Virus record (IMG/VR): IMGVR_UViG_3300002514_000019
Location: 1-64,000 of that record
Source of the DNA: an uncultured virus (IMG/VR IMGVR_UViG_3300002514_000019)
Taxonomy: Duplodnaviria; Heunggongvirae; Uroviricota; Caudoviricetes
Length of the DNA stretch: 64,000 nucleotides
Direction: 5' to 3' (one strand)
Both the position numbers and the translations under genes were made by a program. Below the pieces are notes generated by a model that ran no database searches, was not told where the DNA came from, and saw only the letters and a program-made list of their open reading frames with translations. Shown here piece after piece: positions 9,923 through 18,520 of the stretch; position 1 is the stretch's first letter, and every line of letters begins with the position of its first letter.

Positions 9923-11119
9923 TTATCCCATAATAATTGCTTTACCATTTGGAACTGGAATATTTCTTAATATTCTCGTCATAGCCTCAGACTGATCCGC
10001 CTGCTTTGAAATGAGGTTTCCATACGTCATTCCTTCTAAAGTTTCTCTCAGGCTTGTCTTTAACGCTTCTTTTTCTTCCCGACCACCGGATACTAAATCA
10101 TCACCATTTAGGGTTAGATCAGCATTGGGTATGGGGATTGTAGAAAACTTTGATCTTACAAGACCTAAAAGCTCCTTACAACATGCTAGTGTATATTGAC
10201 GGATCCACTGTCGTCCTATGCTGTTTATCTTGTCAAATGCAAGATTGCCATATGGAATATTTGATAAATTACTTACCCCATATATGCTTGAATCTTTAAA
10301 CGCCGGCCGAAAGGGATCGTTAGTAAATCCAACCCTTATCCATAGCTTTCTAGGATCATCATGTGTTGGTTTAGGGTATAACCTTATTTGGGTACCAAAA
10401 GTGCGAAATGAATAGTTCGAACGCCTCACACGATTAGATAGATCCAACTGGCCCGCCCTTAAGACATCTTCAAATACCGGCAGAACATAAAATACTGTCT
10501 CTGGTGTAAATGACTCAAAGCTAAATTCGTTGTTCAGGTAATTAATTGCCGATGTTGTATCAAAAAACCTATATGCGGCCTGGGGACTAAAATGGAAGAC
10601 CTCCATTATCTTAAGTCGGCTTCTCCTGTTGGAGGGTTGTGAATTGAATATATTGTTTCCATCACCATCCACCAAGTCTTCATAGATATCATAGTCTTGG
10701 ATATTTTTCTTTAGTGAAATAGAGCCAGAGATAGTATCATAAGATCCTCCTATGGAAGCCTCACTAGCATATGGCTCTGCCTGCCTGTTAAGGAACTCCA
10801 TTGTTTCCCTAGGGAGCATACTTTCATATCCGTGTGGACCAATATTAAAGGAACCTGATACGGAACTACCCGTAGGAAACCCCATCAGATTCATCAAATT
10901 GGATTCCGCCTGGTACCTATTGATAACTGCCCCATATTCCATTAGGGACTCTTCAAAGCATGCCCAGATCTGTTTTTTCGTTAATTCAACCGATAAAATA
11001 TCATCGCCCAGCTTTCTCTTTACATAGACGACCATAGAATCGGCCTCTGTCTGGAAAGCTGCGTCTGCGTTAAAAAAACCAAAAGGCGTCGGGTTTAGTG
11101 TGTTCGCAAAAGTCGGCAC
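9923..11119 (-). CDS. Neck protein / head-tail adaptor (gp13-like)
   Basis: KRKLGDDILSVELTKKQIWACFEES, WIRQYTLACCKELLGLVRSKFSTIPIP, LTLNG motifs; GTG start with GGAG RBS. Confidence 0.8.
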   Translation of the reverse strand: MPTFANTLNPTPFGFFNADAAFQTEADSMVVYVKRKLGDDILSVELTKKQIWACFEESLMEYGAVINRYQAESNLMNLMGFPTGSSVSGSFNIGPHGYESMLPRETMEFLNRQAEPYASEASIGGSYDTISGSISLKKNIQDYDIYEDLVDGDGNNIFNSQPSNRRSRLKIMEVFHFSPQAAYRFFDTTSAINYLNNEFSFESFTPETVFYVLPVFEDVLRAGQLDLSNRVRRSNYSFRTFGTQIRLYPKPTHDDPRKLWIRVGFTNDPFRPAFKDSSIYGVSNLSNIPYGNLAFDKINSIGRQWIRQYTLACCKELLGLVRSKFSTIPIPNADLTLNGDDLVSGGREEKEALKTSLRETLEGMTYGNLISKQADQSEAMTRILRNIPVPNGKAIIMG

Positions 11120-11159
11120 GAATATTCTCCCTAACTAGAATTCAAACAAAGCTCAGTGT

Positions 11160-11168
11160 TATAAATAG
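11160..11168 (-). promoter_or_regulatory. Putative late-promoter motif (CTATTTATA on coding strand)
   Basis: One of at least 10 similar ATA(N)TTA(T/A) motifs about 20-50 nt upstream of start codons; here it lies between a terminator and the neck gene. Confidence 0.55.
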
Positions 11169-11212
11169 GCAAGTGATCTGTTGATTACTTGAACGAAATA
11201 TATTTGTTGTAT

Positions 11213-11246
11213 AAAAAACAGAAGGGGCCCCATGAGGGGCCCCTTC
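11213..11246 (-). terminator. Rho-independent terminator
   Basis: 11-bp stem GAAGGGGCCCC/GGGGCCCCTTC, 4-nt loop, then TGTTTTTT on the minus strand. Confidence 0.88.
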
Positions 11247-11274
11247 CTTAAACTTTAAAAAATATTATTAAATT

Positions 11275-11787
11275 CTATTGCGGGCCCGGACCACCAGTTG
11301 CAATTCGATGTGATCCAGTCAGGCTATAGCAAAAATACCTACGACCATCGCTTACAACCTTAAGGCAGTCGCCTTCACTGTTTCCTAACTGAATACGCTG
11401 GCCAGCAAGGACACCCCCCGGGGCGGATTGTGAGCCGGATGCCCAATAAAATAAGTCAAGGATCGCATCGCTGGTTGATCCAGAAATGACATTGCACCCT
11501 GACTTTCCTTTTTGGGCAACACCACCCCCCGACTTGCGGGAACCACCTGCTCTAAAATAAAACTCCTGACCGGTAGCTGATGCTACCGCTGGTAGTCTTG
11601 CCATGGCACCCGTGCCTGTGTTCTGACCACCATCACCTGTGCCTGATAGTATCGTAAACGCAGTGCATGATCCTGTCGTCCCACCATTGATTTGTGACGT
11701 CCTTAACTTTGGACTGTGTTCTAACTCAAAACCACGTCCTCGGGACTGAACGAGGCCTTTGTCATTCGTAATAGTAACCTTAGGCAT
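11275..11787 (-). CDS. Gly/Ser-rich virion protein, possible head decoration or fibre protein
   Basis: 170 aa, AAGGAG RBS, own terminator, located between capsid and neck genes; function inferred from position only. Confidence 0.5.
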   Translation of the reverse strand: MPKVTITNDKGLVQSRGRGFELEHSPKLRTSQINGGTTGSCTAFTILSGTGDGGQNTGTGAMARLPAVASATGQEFYFRAGGSRKSGGGVAQKGKSGCNVISGSTSDAILDLFYWASGSQSAPGGVLAGQRIQLGNSEGDCLKVVSDGRRYFCYSLTGSHRIATGGPGPQ

Positions 11788-12017
11788 GATCTCTCCTTGA
11801 AAATATTTTATGCGATTTTAAGCTATCGACAAAATGGGTTGTTTTTGATTTGCGCCTGATCATATATATCAGAATATGTATGAAAAAACTATGGCTTAAA
11901 CATTTTTTTTAAATTCTATTAATTAAAGTCTATGGTACCAATGCTGAAGGCGAATGGGACGTCGATGTGGTGATATTATCATTATCTATTATCGACTCTA
12001 GGTGTGACCTGTGTTGC

Positions 12018-12350
12018 CTATCCAAAAGCCTTAAGCGCCCATACAAATATACCCATAGCAACCTGGATACCTGCAAACATCGTTATTGCTTTTGTCTTGA
12101 ATGTCTTAAGGCTTGCTACTTCACTTAACAATTCTTTTAGTTGTGTGGGTGAACAAACATCATCGATTTTTTCTTTCCACACCTTAAGTTCATCCACCTT
12201 GTCTTCCCTGACTTGCATTTTCGCAATTTCTTGTTTGACATTCTGAAGTTCTGTCTTTAATCCGTCAATGCCGTCTGATAGCGTCTCTAGTTCTTTTAAG
12301 ACTAGACGTGAATATTCATTCCAGCCGTTTTGATTAGTGTGTGGTACCAT
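12018..12350 (-). CDS. Coiled-coil protein with one C-terminal transmembrane helix (holin/XhlA-like architecture)
   Basis: ATG at 12350 with GGAG RBS; heptad region LETLSDGIDGLKTELQNVKQEIAKM; hydrophobic tail AITMFAGIQVAMGIFVWALKAFG. Confidence 0.55.
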   Translation of the reverse strand: MVPHTNQNGWNEYSRLVLKELETLSDGIDGLKTELQNVKQEIAKMQVREDKVDELKVWKEKIDDVCSPTQLKELLSEVASLKTFKTKAITMFAGIQVAMGIFVWALKAFG

Positions 12351-12354
12351 TTTA

Positions 12355-12891
12355 TTACTCCGGGATCTCAAGTAATTGTTTTAACCGACTTACGCTGAGG
12401 GCTCTTTTAGAGATAGAATTTATATTCTTATAGTCGCCTCTTCTTTTCAAAGTCATACTATGAATGTCTTCAAGGCATGATAACATTATTGCATTCACAG
12501 TTACATCCCAAGCGATCCCTGAAACACCTATGATTTGTTTGGCTTCATTTGTCCTGGGTACTAGCTTTACATAGTGTACGCTATGATCTGTTTTTACAAA
12601 ATAACTTACAACATCGCCCGCTAGTGCTTTTTCGTGATTTTCTAATGACTCATTTTTTACATTCGGACAATCAAATAAATCACAAAGATTTTTGGCACCT
12701 GGACTGATGAATCCATTTCCGCGTTGTGATACAACAACATGCTCTTTCGTTATTGACCACATAGTTACCGGAACGGGAAATGTATCAAAGAATTCTTCGA
12801 ATAGCTTCATGTCTTTTTTGAGCTGCTGATCTCTATCACTCAACTCATTTACCAGCTCATGAAGCCTATTAAAGTTTTTCTTATTTTTCAC
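12355..12891 (-). CDS. Stand-alone PAS/PAC domain protein
   Basis: GTG at 12891 preceded by AGGAG at 7-nt spacing; helical linker then LFEEFFDTFPVPVTMW...HEKALAGDVVSY...LVPRTNEAKQIIGVSGIAWDVT, a PAS_4/PAC-like pattern ending in the D-(I/V)-T motif. Confidence 0.75.
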   Translation of the reverse strand: MKNKKNFNRLHELVNELSDRDQQLKKDMKLFEEFFDTFPVPVTMWSITKEHVVVSQRGNGFISPGAKNLCDLFDCPNVKNESLENHEKALAGDVVSYFVKTDHSVHYVKLVPRTNEAKQIIGVSGIAWDVTVNAIMLSCLEDIHSMTLKRRGDYKNINSISKRALSVSRLKQLLEIPE

Positions 12892-12928
12892 CCTAGGGCT
12901 CCTGTGTTGAAAGATGTTGAAAGACAAA

Positions 12929-12937
12929 AATAAATAT
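12929..12937 (-). promoter_or_regulatory. Putative late-promoter motif (ATATTTATT) ahead of the PAS gene
   Basis: Downstream of the MCP terminator, 38-46 nt before GTG 12891. Confidence 0.55.
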
Positions 12938-12991
12938 AAGACTAAGCATGCTTCAACCACAAAAAACGGATAAAGTATACTCAAATTTAAC

Positions 12992-13027
12992 AAAAAAAAA
13001 GGGGATACCCATATGGGTATCCCCTTT
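12992..13027 (-). terminator. Rho-independent terminator after major capsid gene
   Basis: Perfect palindrome AAAGGGGATACCCATATGGGTATCCCCTTT (12998-13027) with a T9 run on the minus strand. Confidence 0.9.
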
Positions 13028-13046
13028 CGAACTAACCTAATCTATA

Positions 13047-15005
13047 TTAGATAATGTTCAAGTCGAGCACTGTAACAGTACCGTAGAAGTCGGAACGAAC
13101 CATCTTCTTACCGTAGCGAGTCATGACACCCTTACGCGGGGTGAAGTCATCTGGCTGGAAGATAGTCGGCGTTACGATGAGAGGCACATACGGAGCGTAG
13201 ACATAGCCTGTCTCCAGATAGCTACCACCCTTGTATCCAACAAGAACCTTATTCCGTGGGAAGTAAGGATCCTTGTAGACCGTAAAGCGATTGCTAAGTG
13301 TACCAATCTTCTCAGCGCCGAGTGACATCGGAGCACTTACCTGGCCTTCACCATCAAGGGTGTAGGACGGACGGTAAAGAACCGAAGCCTCAAGAATCGT
13401 TGCAATATCGGGTGAAACCACGACAAAGTTTGCCGAGCCACGCAATGTTAAGCGGTGAATCTCATTAGCGACATCAATGATTGTCTCAGTAAGGGTCTCA
13501 TACCACTCGCGGACTGTACCGGTGAAGGCCGGTCCAGGAGCCAATGTATCAGACTTGCTGACCTCAGTACCTGTCTCACGATTGACAAACTTACCAGGGG
13601 CACGTGACCAGTAGCGACGTGTCTTAGCTTGTACCAGAAGATCATTAAGAACCTCACGGTCAATCTCTAGAGCAATCTGCTCTGAAAGGATTTGAGTAAG
13701 CTCAACCTCAGCATCTAAACTATGGTATGCATTCAAGTCCTGAGCAAGTTCTGGTGACCATCGTGCACGCAACTTACGTGTAACGGCGGTAACAGCAACA
13801 GACTCAATCTTGATATCAATCTCAGGAATAACCGGAGAAGGAGTAGCACCAAAATTAGACTCAAACGAAGGAATCGTAAGAGTTGAACCATCAGCATCCA
13901 CATCGAGTGTAGAAGCAATTGGAGCACTTATGTTGAGCTGCTGAAGGCTGGTTACGAACGAGCTATCCTGTACAGTACCAGTAACAACTGCCATGAAACA
14001 AGCATTTGCAGTGGCCTTTGTAACCATAGGATCAGCAGTAAAGACGCCGGCCGTGAATGTACCAAGCTGGTTCAAACGACGGATATTGACGATATTCTGA
14101 CCACCCTGCATTGTCTGTGGTACCACACCAACACCTGCAGAACTTGGTGAGTTCTGTGATGTTACACCTGGAACGACTGGGCCTGTATTAAGAGCCCACT
14201 CCTGAACCTGTGTAAGATCGTATTGAGCGAATGCCGAACTACCCAACGCAAAGAATACAGCCTGGAATCGACCATCGTTAGATTGATTTGGGTCACCTTC
14301 AATAAGTGTTGTAACCTGCGGGTCAAACTGAATAAGCTTGCCATCAGTACCGGTAGCAACAAGAAGGCCACCATCCTGAATTGTGGTACCGCCAACATTA
14401 CCAACGGAACCAGAAGCAAGGATCTTCACCGGTGCAGTCTCAGCACCGACCACACCATTTAGTGCGGAGCCACTGTGTACCTTTGTGAAGCCCTGACCTA
14501 CAAGATCATAAAGACCACCGGCACCCAATGAACCAGAACGAATTCCCTTACCTGCGGGGTTATTATAAATGGAAGAACCGGATGCATATACCTCAACCTT
14601 ATCACTAATGGTTGTATCAGAAGTATATGACTCACGGGAACCATATGTGTAATCCAAGTAGAAAAGCAGGCCAGAAGGCAAGCTCATCGGCTGGATGGAA
14701 ACGAGCTCGTTAGCAACGAGACCGCCAAAGACCCGACGAACGATCGGGAAAGCAATATTTGTGAAGCCCTGCAAGTCACCGGAGCGAGCACCTAAGCCCC
14801 CACCAGTACCTACTGAATTTGCTTCACGAAGAAGTTGTCCTGCTTGGTTCTCCAATAGACGTGACATGTTCTCACGATGAGTGCCGTCCATGCCTCTCAG
14901 GAGTCCCGTACGAGACCACTTCTCCACAAGCCGACGGTTTTGCGTACCCAAGTGACGGGAACGAATACCTTCAGTCAGCGATTCAAGTGAAAAAGATTTT
15001 GACAT
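13047..15005 (-). CDS. Major capsid protein (T4 gp23-like), 652 aa
   Basis: LVEKWSRTGLL, FPIVRRVF, VSIQPMSLPSGLLFYLD, TRKLRARWSPELAQDLNAYHSLDAEVEL, GYVYAPYVPL, FTPRKGVMTRY. Confidence 0.97.
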   Translation of the reverse strand: MSKSFSLESLTEGIRSRHLGTQNRRLVEKWSRTGLLRGMDGTHRENMSRLLENQAGQLLREANSVGTGGGLGARSGDLQGFTNIAFPIVRRVFGGLVANELVSIQPMSLPSGLLFYLDYTYGSRESYTSDTTISDKVEVYASGSSIYNNPAGKGIRSGSLGAGGLYDLVGQGFTKVHSGSALNGVVGAETAPVKILASGSVGNVGGTTIQDGGLLVATGTDGKLIQFDPQVTTLIEGDPNQSNDGRFQAVFFALGSSAFAQYDLTQVQEWALNTGPVVPGVTSQNSPSSAGVGVVPQTMQGGQNIVNIRRLNQLGTFTAGVFTADPMVTKATANACFMAVVTGTVQDSSFVTSLQQLNISAPIASTLDVDADGSTLTIPSFESNFGATPSPVIPEIDIKIESVAVTAVTRKLRARWSPELAQDLNAYHSLDAEVELTQILSEQIALEIDREVLNDLLVQAKTRRYWSRAPGKFVNRETGTEVSKSDTLAPGPAFTGTVREWYETLTETIIDVANEIHRLTLRGSANFVVVSPDIATILEASVLYRPSYTLDGEGQVSAPMSLGAEKIGTLSNRFTVYKDPYFPRNKVLVGYKGGSYLETGYVYAPYVPLIVTPTIFQPDDFTPRKGVMTRYGKKMVRSDFYGTVTVLDLNII

Positions 15006-15029
15006 TTTATTCTCCTATAAAAAATAATT

Positions 15030-16781
15030 TTACTTTTTGTTGTCAATTCCTGCAAGGACTGCCCAGCGATCTGTCTCACCCGATTTCTTTGCCGAAGCGG
15101 CGGAGCGGGTTGATCTGGAAGATGAACCGAGTAGCTTGCGTCCCTCACGAAGAGTACCTCTCTTCTTTAGGGATGTTGTTAAGCTCTTATAGAGCAGTTT
15201 TGCCTCGCGGAGCGTCTTGGCATTATCTAAAGCCTCGACAATAGCTCTTTGCTGCTTGGATGATAAATTTCTATTTTGCATAAGCTTATTGACATAAAGA
15301 AGCTTAGCATTAAAGAGATTCATTTCAGTTAACTGATTTTTGAGTGCAACGACTGCTCTCTTATATTCCTTTAACTGGTTTCCTGTTTTACGTACGGCCT
15401 TTCGACCACGTCCTTTTCTTGTTCTTGCACGAGATTCAGCAATTCGCTGTGCACGTCGACGGCGGAGGTTGCGGCGACGGCGTGATTCGACTGTTACCTC
15501 GGTTTCCGATACGGGACCGAGCTCATCAGCCAAAGCGTTTAAAAGATCTTCTTCGCTGACATCAACAAGGACATCACCTAAATCTTCTCCACCGTGATCC
15601 AGGCTTGGATCAGCATCCTTTGCCTCTTCTTGCTCACGAAGGCGTCTCATATGACGAAGAGCACGACGTAAAGAAGCTTCATCTAACTCATAAACCTCTT
15701 CCTCAGTCTCCTCTTCAACATCTACAACCTCTTCATCTTCATCAGCAGCTAGCTCAATAGACACATCAAGGTCATCAACGTTAACCTCATCAGTATCTTC
15801 GACGCCTAAGACATCAAGATCATCGTCAGTAAGCATAAGATCAAGTTCACCCAGATCCATCTGCTCATCTTCAACGTCAATCTCTTCCTCTTCAACGTCC
15901 TCTGCACCAGCCATGCTGACAACAACATCAAGGTCGTCAACGCTAACCTCCTCAGTATCTTCGACACCGAGTGTTTCTAAATCCTCATCAGAAAGTACAA
16001 CATCTAACTCATCAAGAGTTTCCTCTTGATCAGCTTGATCGGCTGCATCTAACTGCTCGAACAATCTATCAAATAGTGATTCTGCATGTCGCCTTGACAT
16101 TTTTTTCATCTCCTTTATTACCTCATTAAATCTCGAGCGAACATTATTTTTATTTTGCGCTCTTTTTGTAAATATTACGTGATCTCGTAAACTGATTGCT
16201 TCTTTTAACAATTGTGTGTAATGTTTACGGGCAGACTCTCGTAGGGTCACATCATTTTTATTAATATTTGCCCACTCAAGAAGCCTATTAAACCTTTTAA
16301 CTCTTATAGCCAAATCGTTTACACGATTATCAATTGCCCTCTCACCCAACAACGCTGGATTTTTTATAAACATTGCAAGAGCCCGGGCAGACTCCGTATT
16401 GAGACTCATCAAGTCATCTTCCTGATCCGTTGAATACATTAGATCATCATCTTCTGTACCAATATAAGAAGACTCATCATCAGTCTCATATTCATCCTCA
16501 GCCTGGGTTATATCACCGGACGAAAGAGCGATGGTTGCGTCACCTTGTACGTCAATATCAATAGTAGGACTATCAATATCTGAATCTTCAAGTGAATCCA
16601 TTACGGAATCCATCCCTATGTCGTCATTCTCAGTATCTTCAATATCGTCTATAAGCTCTTGTTCAATCAACATTCGAATTCGAGGTGTTATAGATTCCAA
16701 AATTTTATTTTTCGCATTTTGCTCAGCAACTTTTCTTAATTGCCTTGCGTCTGCGATGGCTTCATCAAATAATGTTGTCAT
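15030..16781 (-). CDS. Prohead core / scaffold protein (gp22-like)
   Basis: Directly upstream of MCP; MTTLFDEAIADARQLRKVAEQNAK, very acidic middle, EMNLFNAKLLYVNKL, terminal RWAVLAGI; GGAG RBS before ATG 16781. Confidence 0.75.
   Translation of the reverse strand: MTTLFDEAIADARQLRKVAEQNAKNKILESITPRIRMLIEQELIDDIEDTENDDIGMDSVMDSLEDSDIDSPTIDIDVQGDATIALSSGDITQAEDEYETDDESSYIGTEDDDLMYSTDQEDDLMSLNTESARALAMFIKNPALLGERAIDNRVNDLAIRVKRFNRLLEWANINKNDVTLRESARKHYTQLLKEAISLRDHVIFTKRAQNKNNVRSRFNEVIKEMKKMSRRHAESLFDRLFEQLDAADQADQEETLDELDVVLSDEDLETLGVEDTEEVSVDDLDVVVSMAGAEDVEEEEIDVEDEQMDLGELDLMLTDDDLDVLGVEDTDEVNVDDLDVSIELAADEDEEVVDVEEETEEEVYELDEASLRRALRHMRRLREQEEAKDADPSLDHGGEDLGDVLVDVSEEDLLNALADELGPVSETEVTVESRRRRNLRRRRAQRIAESRARTRKGRGRKAVRKTGNQLKEYKRAVVALKNQLTEMNLFNAKLLYVNKLMQNRNLSSKQQRAIVEALDNAKTLREAKLLYKSLTTSLKKRGTLREGRKLLGSSSRSTRSAASAKKSGETDRWAVLAGIDNKK
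15756..16010 (-). repeat. Internal tandem duplication in scaffold gene (162-nt period)
   Basis: ELDVVLSDEDLETLGVEDTEEVSVDDLDV vs ELDLMLTDDDLDVLGVEDTDEVNVDDLDV. Confidence 0.8.
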
Positions 16782-16804
16782 TATTAACTCCAAACATGCT
16801 ACCT

Positions 16805-16813
16805 CTTAAATAT
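16805..16813 (-). promoter_or_regulatory. Putative late-promoter motif (ATATTTAAG) ahead of scaffold-MCP
   Basis: In the short gap between bS21 and the scaffold gene. Confidence 0.5.
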
Positions 16814-16823
16814 ACGGCTGTAC

Positions 16824-17048
16824 TCATTTCTTTCCCTTAATTTTGTGCGCCACATTGGTCTTATGTCTCATTTTGGCAGCATGCTTTTTTCTTCTTCGCT
16901 TTGTACCCTTTGATTCATGAAATGATCTGTCTTTAACTTCTTTGACAATACCTTCCTCTTTGCACTTACGAGTAAATTTTCGTAACAATTGTTCAAAGGT
17001 ACGTATTTTTCCCCCCATGTGTACACTAACGTTGGTCGGCTTAGACAA
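16824..17048 (-). CDS. rpsU: Phage-encoded 30S ribosomal protein bS21
   Basis: 74 aa, basic; FEQLLRKFTRKCKEEGIVKEVKDRSFHESKGTKRRRKKHAA matches the bS21 pattern (E.ALRRFK......GI..E.R.R...EKP..KR.RK..AA); TTG start with GAGGT RBS. Confidence 0.88.
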   Translation of the reverse strand: MSKPTNVSVHMGGKIRTFEQLLRKFTRKCKEEGIVKEVKDRSFHESKGTKRRRKKHAAKMRHKTNVAHKIKGKK

Positions 17049-17050
17049 AA

Positions 17051-17659
17051 TTACCTCTTTTTACCGGTAGATTCAATGCTTGCCAGCGAATCAATATAAT
17101 CTTGTGTTGCCTGAACTTTTGCAATTGCAATCTCATCATCGTCTAAAATATCCTGTAATGTGTATGCTCCAATTTCATCATGTGTGGGAAATTCGGGATC
17201 GGGAGGGCGGTGGGCATAGCCCTGCAGGGTGCCCGTCTTCTTTGCTGGTCTTTCATCATATGCCGCCTGCTGTGTAAATCCCCCAGTAGAAACTCCTCTC
17301 TTTTTATATAATGAAGGAATGGGTGATATGCCGTTCATCGTTGCTATAACCTCACTAATTTTAAGGTTTCCAGCAACAAAGTAAAACGGGTCGGTACCAT
17401 TAGCCGCTAAGTAGTCGGTGGGCATATAATCCATGTTCGCCTTTGTTACGACTGCCATGTCATCATCTAACAGGTCAACCTCATCATCTTCGTATATATC
17501 TGGTTCCACATAAGGATAAGACGATGCGGATATACGGGGATCATGAAACTTTGAAACCATTGTGCCGTACCCTAAGTCGGAACGAGCATCGGAAAAAAGA
17601 GGAGAATGAGAAGGTGTAGTCCCTTTTATATCTGTCTTCGCTTTTTGAAAGGGTGGCAT
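17051..17659 (-). CDS. Hypothetical protein (head module)
   Basis: 202-aa ORF, co-oriented and tightly packed; no motif recognised. Confidence 0.6.
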   Translation of the reverse strand: MPPFQKAKTDIKGTTPSHSPLFSDARSDLGYGTMVSKFHDPRISASSYPYVEPDIYEDDEVDLLDDDMAVVTKANMDYMPTDYLAANGTDPFYFVAGNLKISEVIATMNGISPIPSLYKKRGVSTGGFTQQAAYDERPAKKTGTLQGYAHRPPDPEFPTHDEIGAYTLQDILDDDEIAIAKVQATQDYIDSLASIESTGKKR

Positions 17660-17674
17660 CTAAAGTATTCCGAC

Positions 17675-18487
17675 CTAAAGTATTGTGGTGTTGGCCACTG
17701 TATAAGAAGACTTACCCATAGCAAGAGACGGCATAGTGATACTGCTTTGTGCTTTTCCTGGGTTTGACGGGAAGCCCTGGATATTCCATGATCCAGGTGA
17801 TGTTTCTACCAAAAGGTTATAGGGGCTGCCATATTGTGCATCTCGAATGGATTCAGCAGGTGATAAAACATTATCACCACCCATCACCTTTTCATATTGG
17901 GATATGAAATAGGCGGTCACCCCTGCGTTTTTTCCAAAAATATGTCGCGAGCCCCAGGCGGCGCCGGCGGGTACATCGTAACCGCTAGTTGTTCCTTCAG
18001 GTAATGCAGGGTTTGGAACAAAAGGGATGATGGGAGGCAGCGAAACGTTTTTCGCTTGTGAGATGCCCCCACCCAGGGCGGCGGCGGGATCTTTATCTTC
18101 GGCCCACACCCCAGGAGGTGTAAGAGCTGGATCACCATCAAAAACAATCAGTGACATATCTTTTTTATTAGTGCCAGCTATTCTAGGGGGTCCAAACCGG
18201 GGATTAAAATAAGGTAAACCCCAATAATCTGCTTTATAGTTGGGTGCCTCTGTGCCCAAGGGAGTTATTGCCGGAGCATTATTCATAACATGATTAACCC
18301 AATATACGGTTACATAATCATTATCCGGAGCATCTAATGCAACATCCAGACCGGTGCCGTCATTGATGAACCCGTTAGGGCCATAGGGAAATCCATGATA
18401 AAACAGTCGCTGTGTATTGGACGTTGTACCACGCGTTGACCAGGTGTCTACTGCGGCCGGAACGTTGATCTTTGTATAGTTGGACAT
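17675..18487 (-). CDS. Pro/Gly-rich hypothetical protein, paralog of 18521-19063
   Basis: 270 aa; shares VPNP, N.LSP and MGKS(S)YT motifs with its neighbour. Confidence 0.6.
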   Translation of the reverse strand: MSNYTKINVPAAVDTWSTRGTTSNTQRLFYHGFPYGPNGFINDGTGLDVALDAPDNDYVTVYWVNHVMNNAPAITPLGTEAPNYKADYWGLPYFNPRFGPPRIAGTNKKDMSLIVFDGDPALTPPGVWAEDKDPAAALGGGISQAKNVSLPPIIPFVPNPALPEGTTSGYDVPAGAAWGSRHIFGKNAGVTAYFISQYEKVMGGDNVLSPAESIRDAQYGSPYNLLVETSPGSWNIQGFPSNPGKAQSSITMPSLAMGKSSYTVANTTIL

Positions 18488-18520
18488 AATCGTTAGATCC
18501 CCCTACAGGCTGGCGGTACG

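Noticed and set aside
12892..12993. Hydrophobic N-terminal extension of the PAS ORF in the track (apparent TM helix)
   Set aside because: It begins within the terminator T-run and spans the promoter-like motif; the AGGAG RBS supports GTG 12891 as the real start
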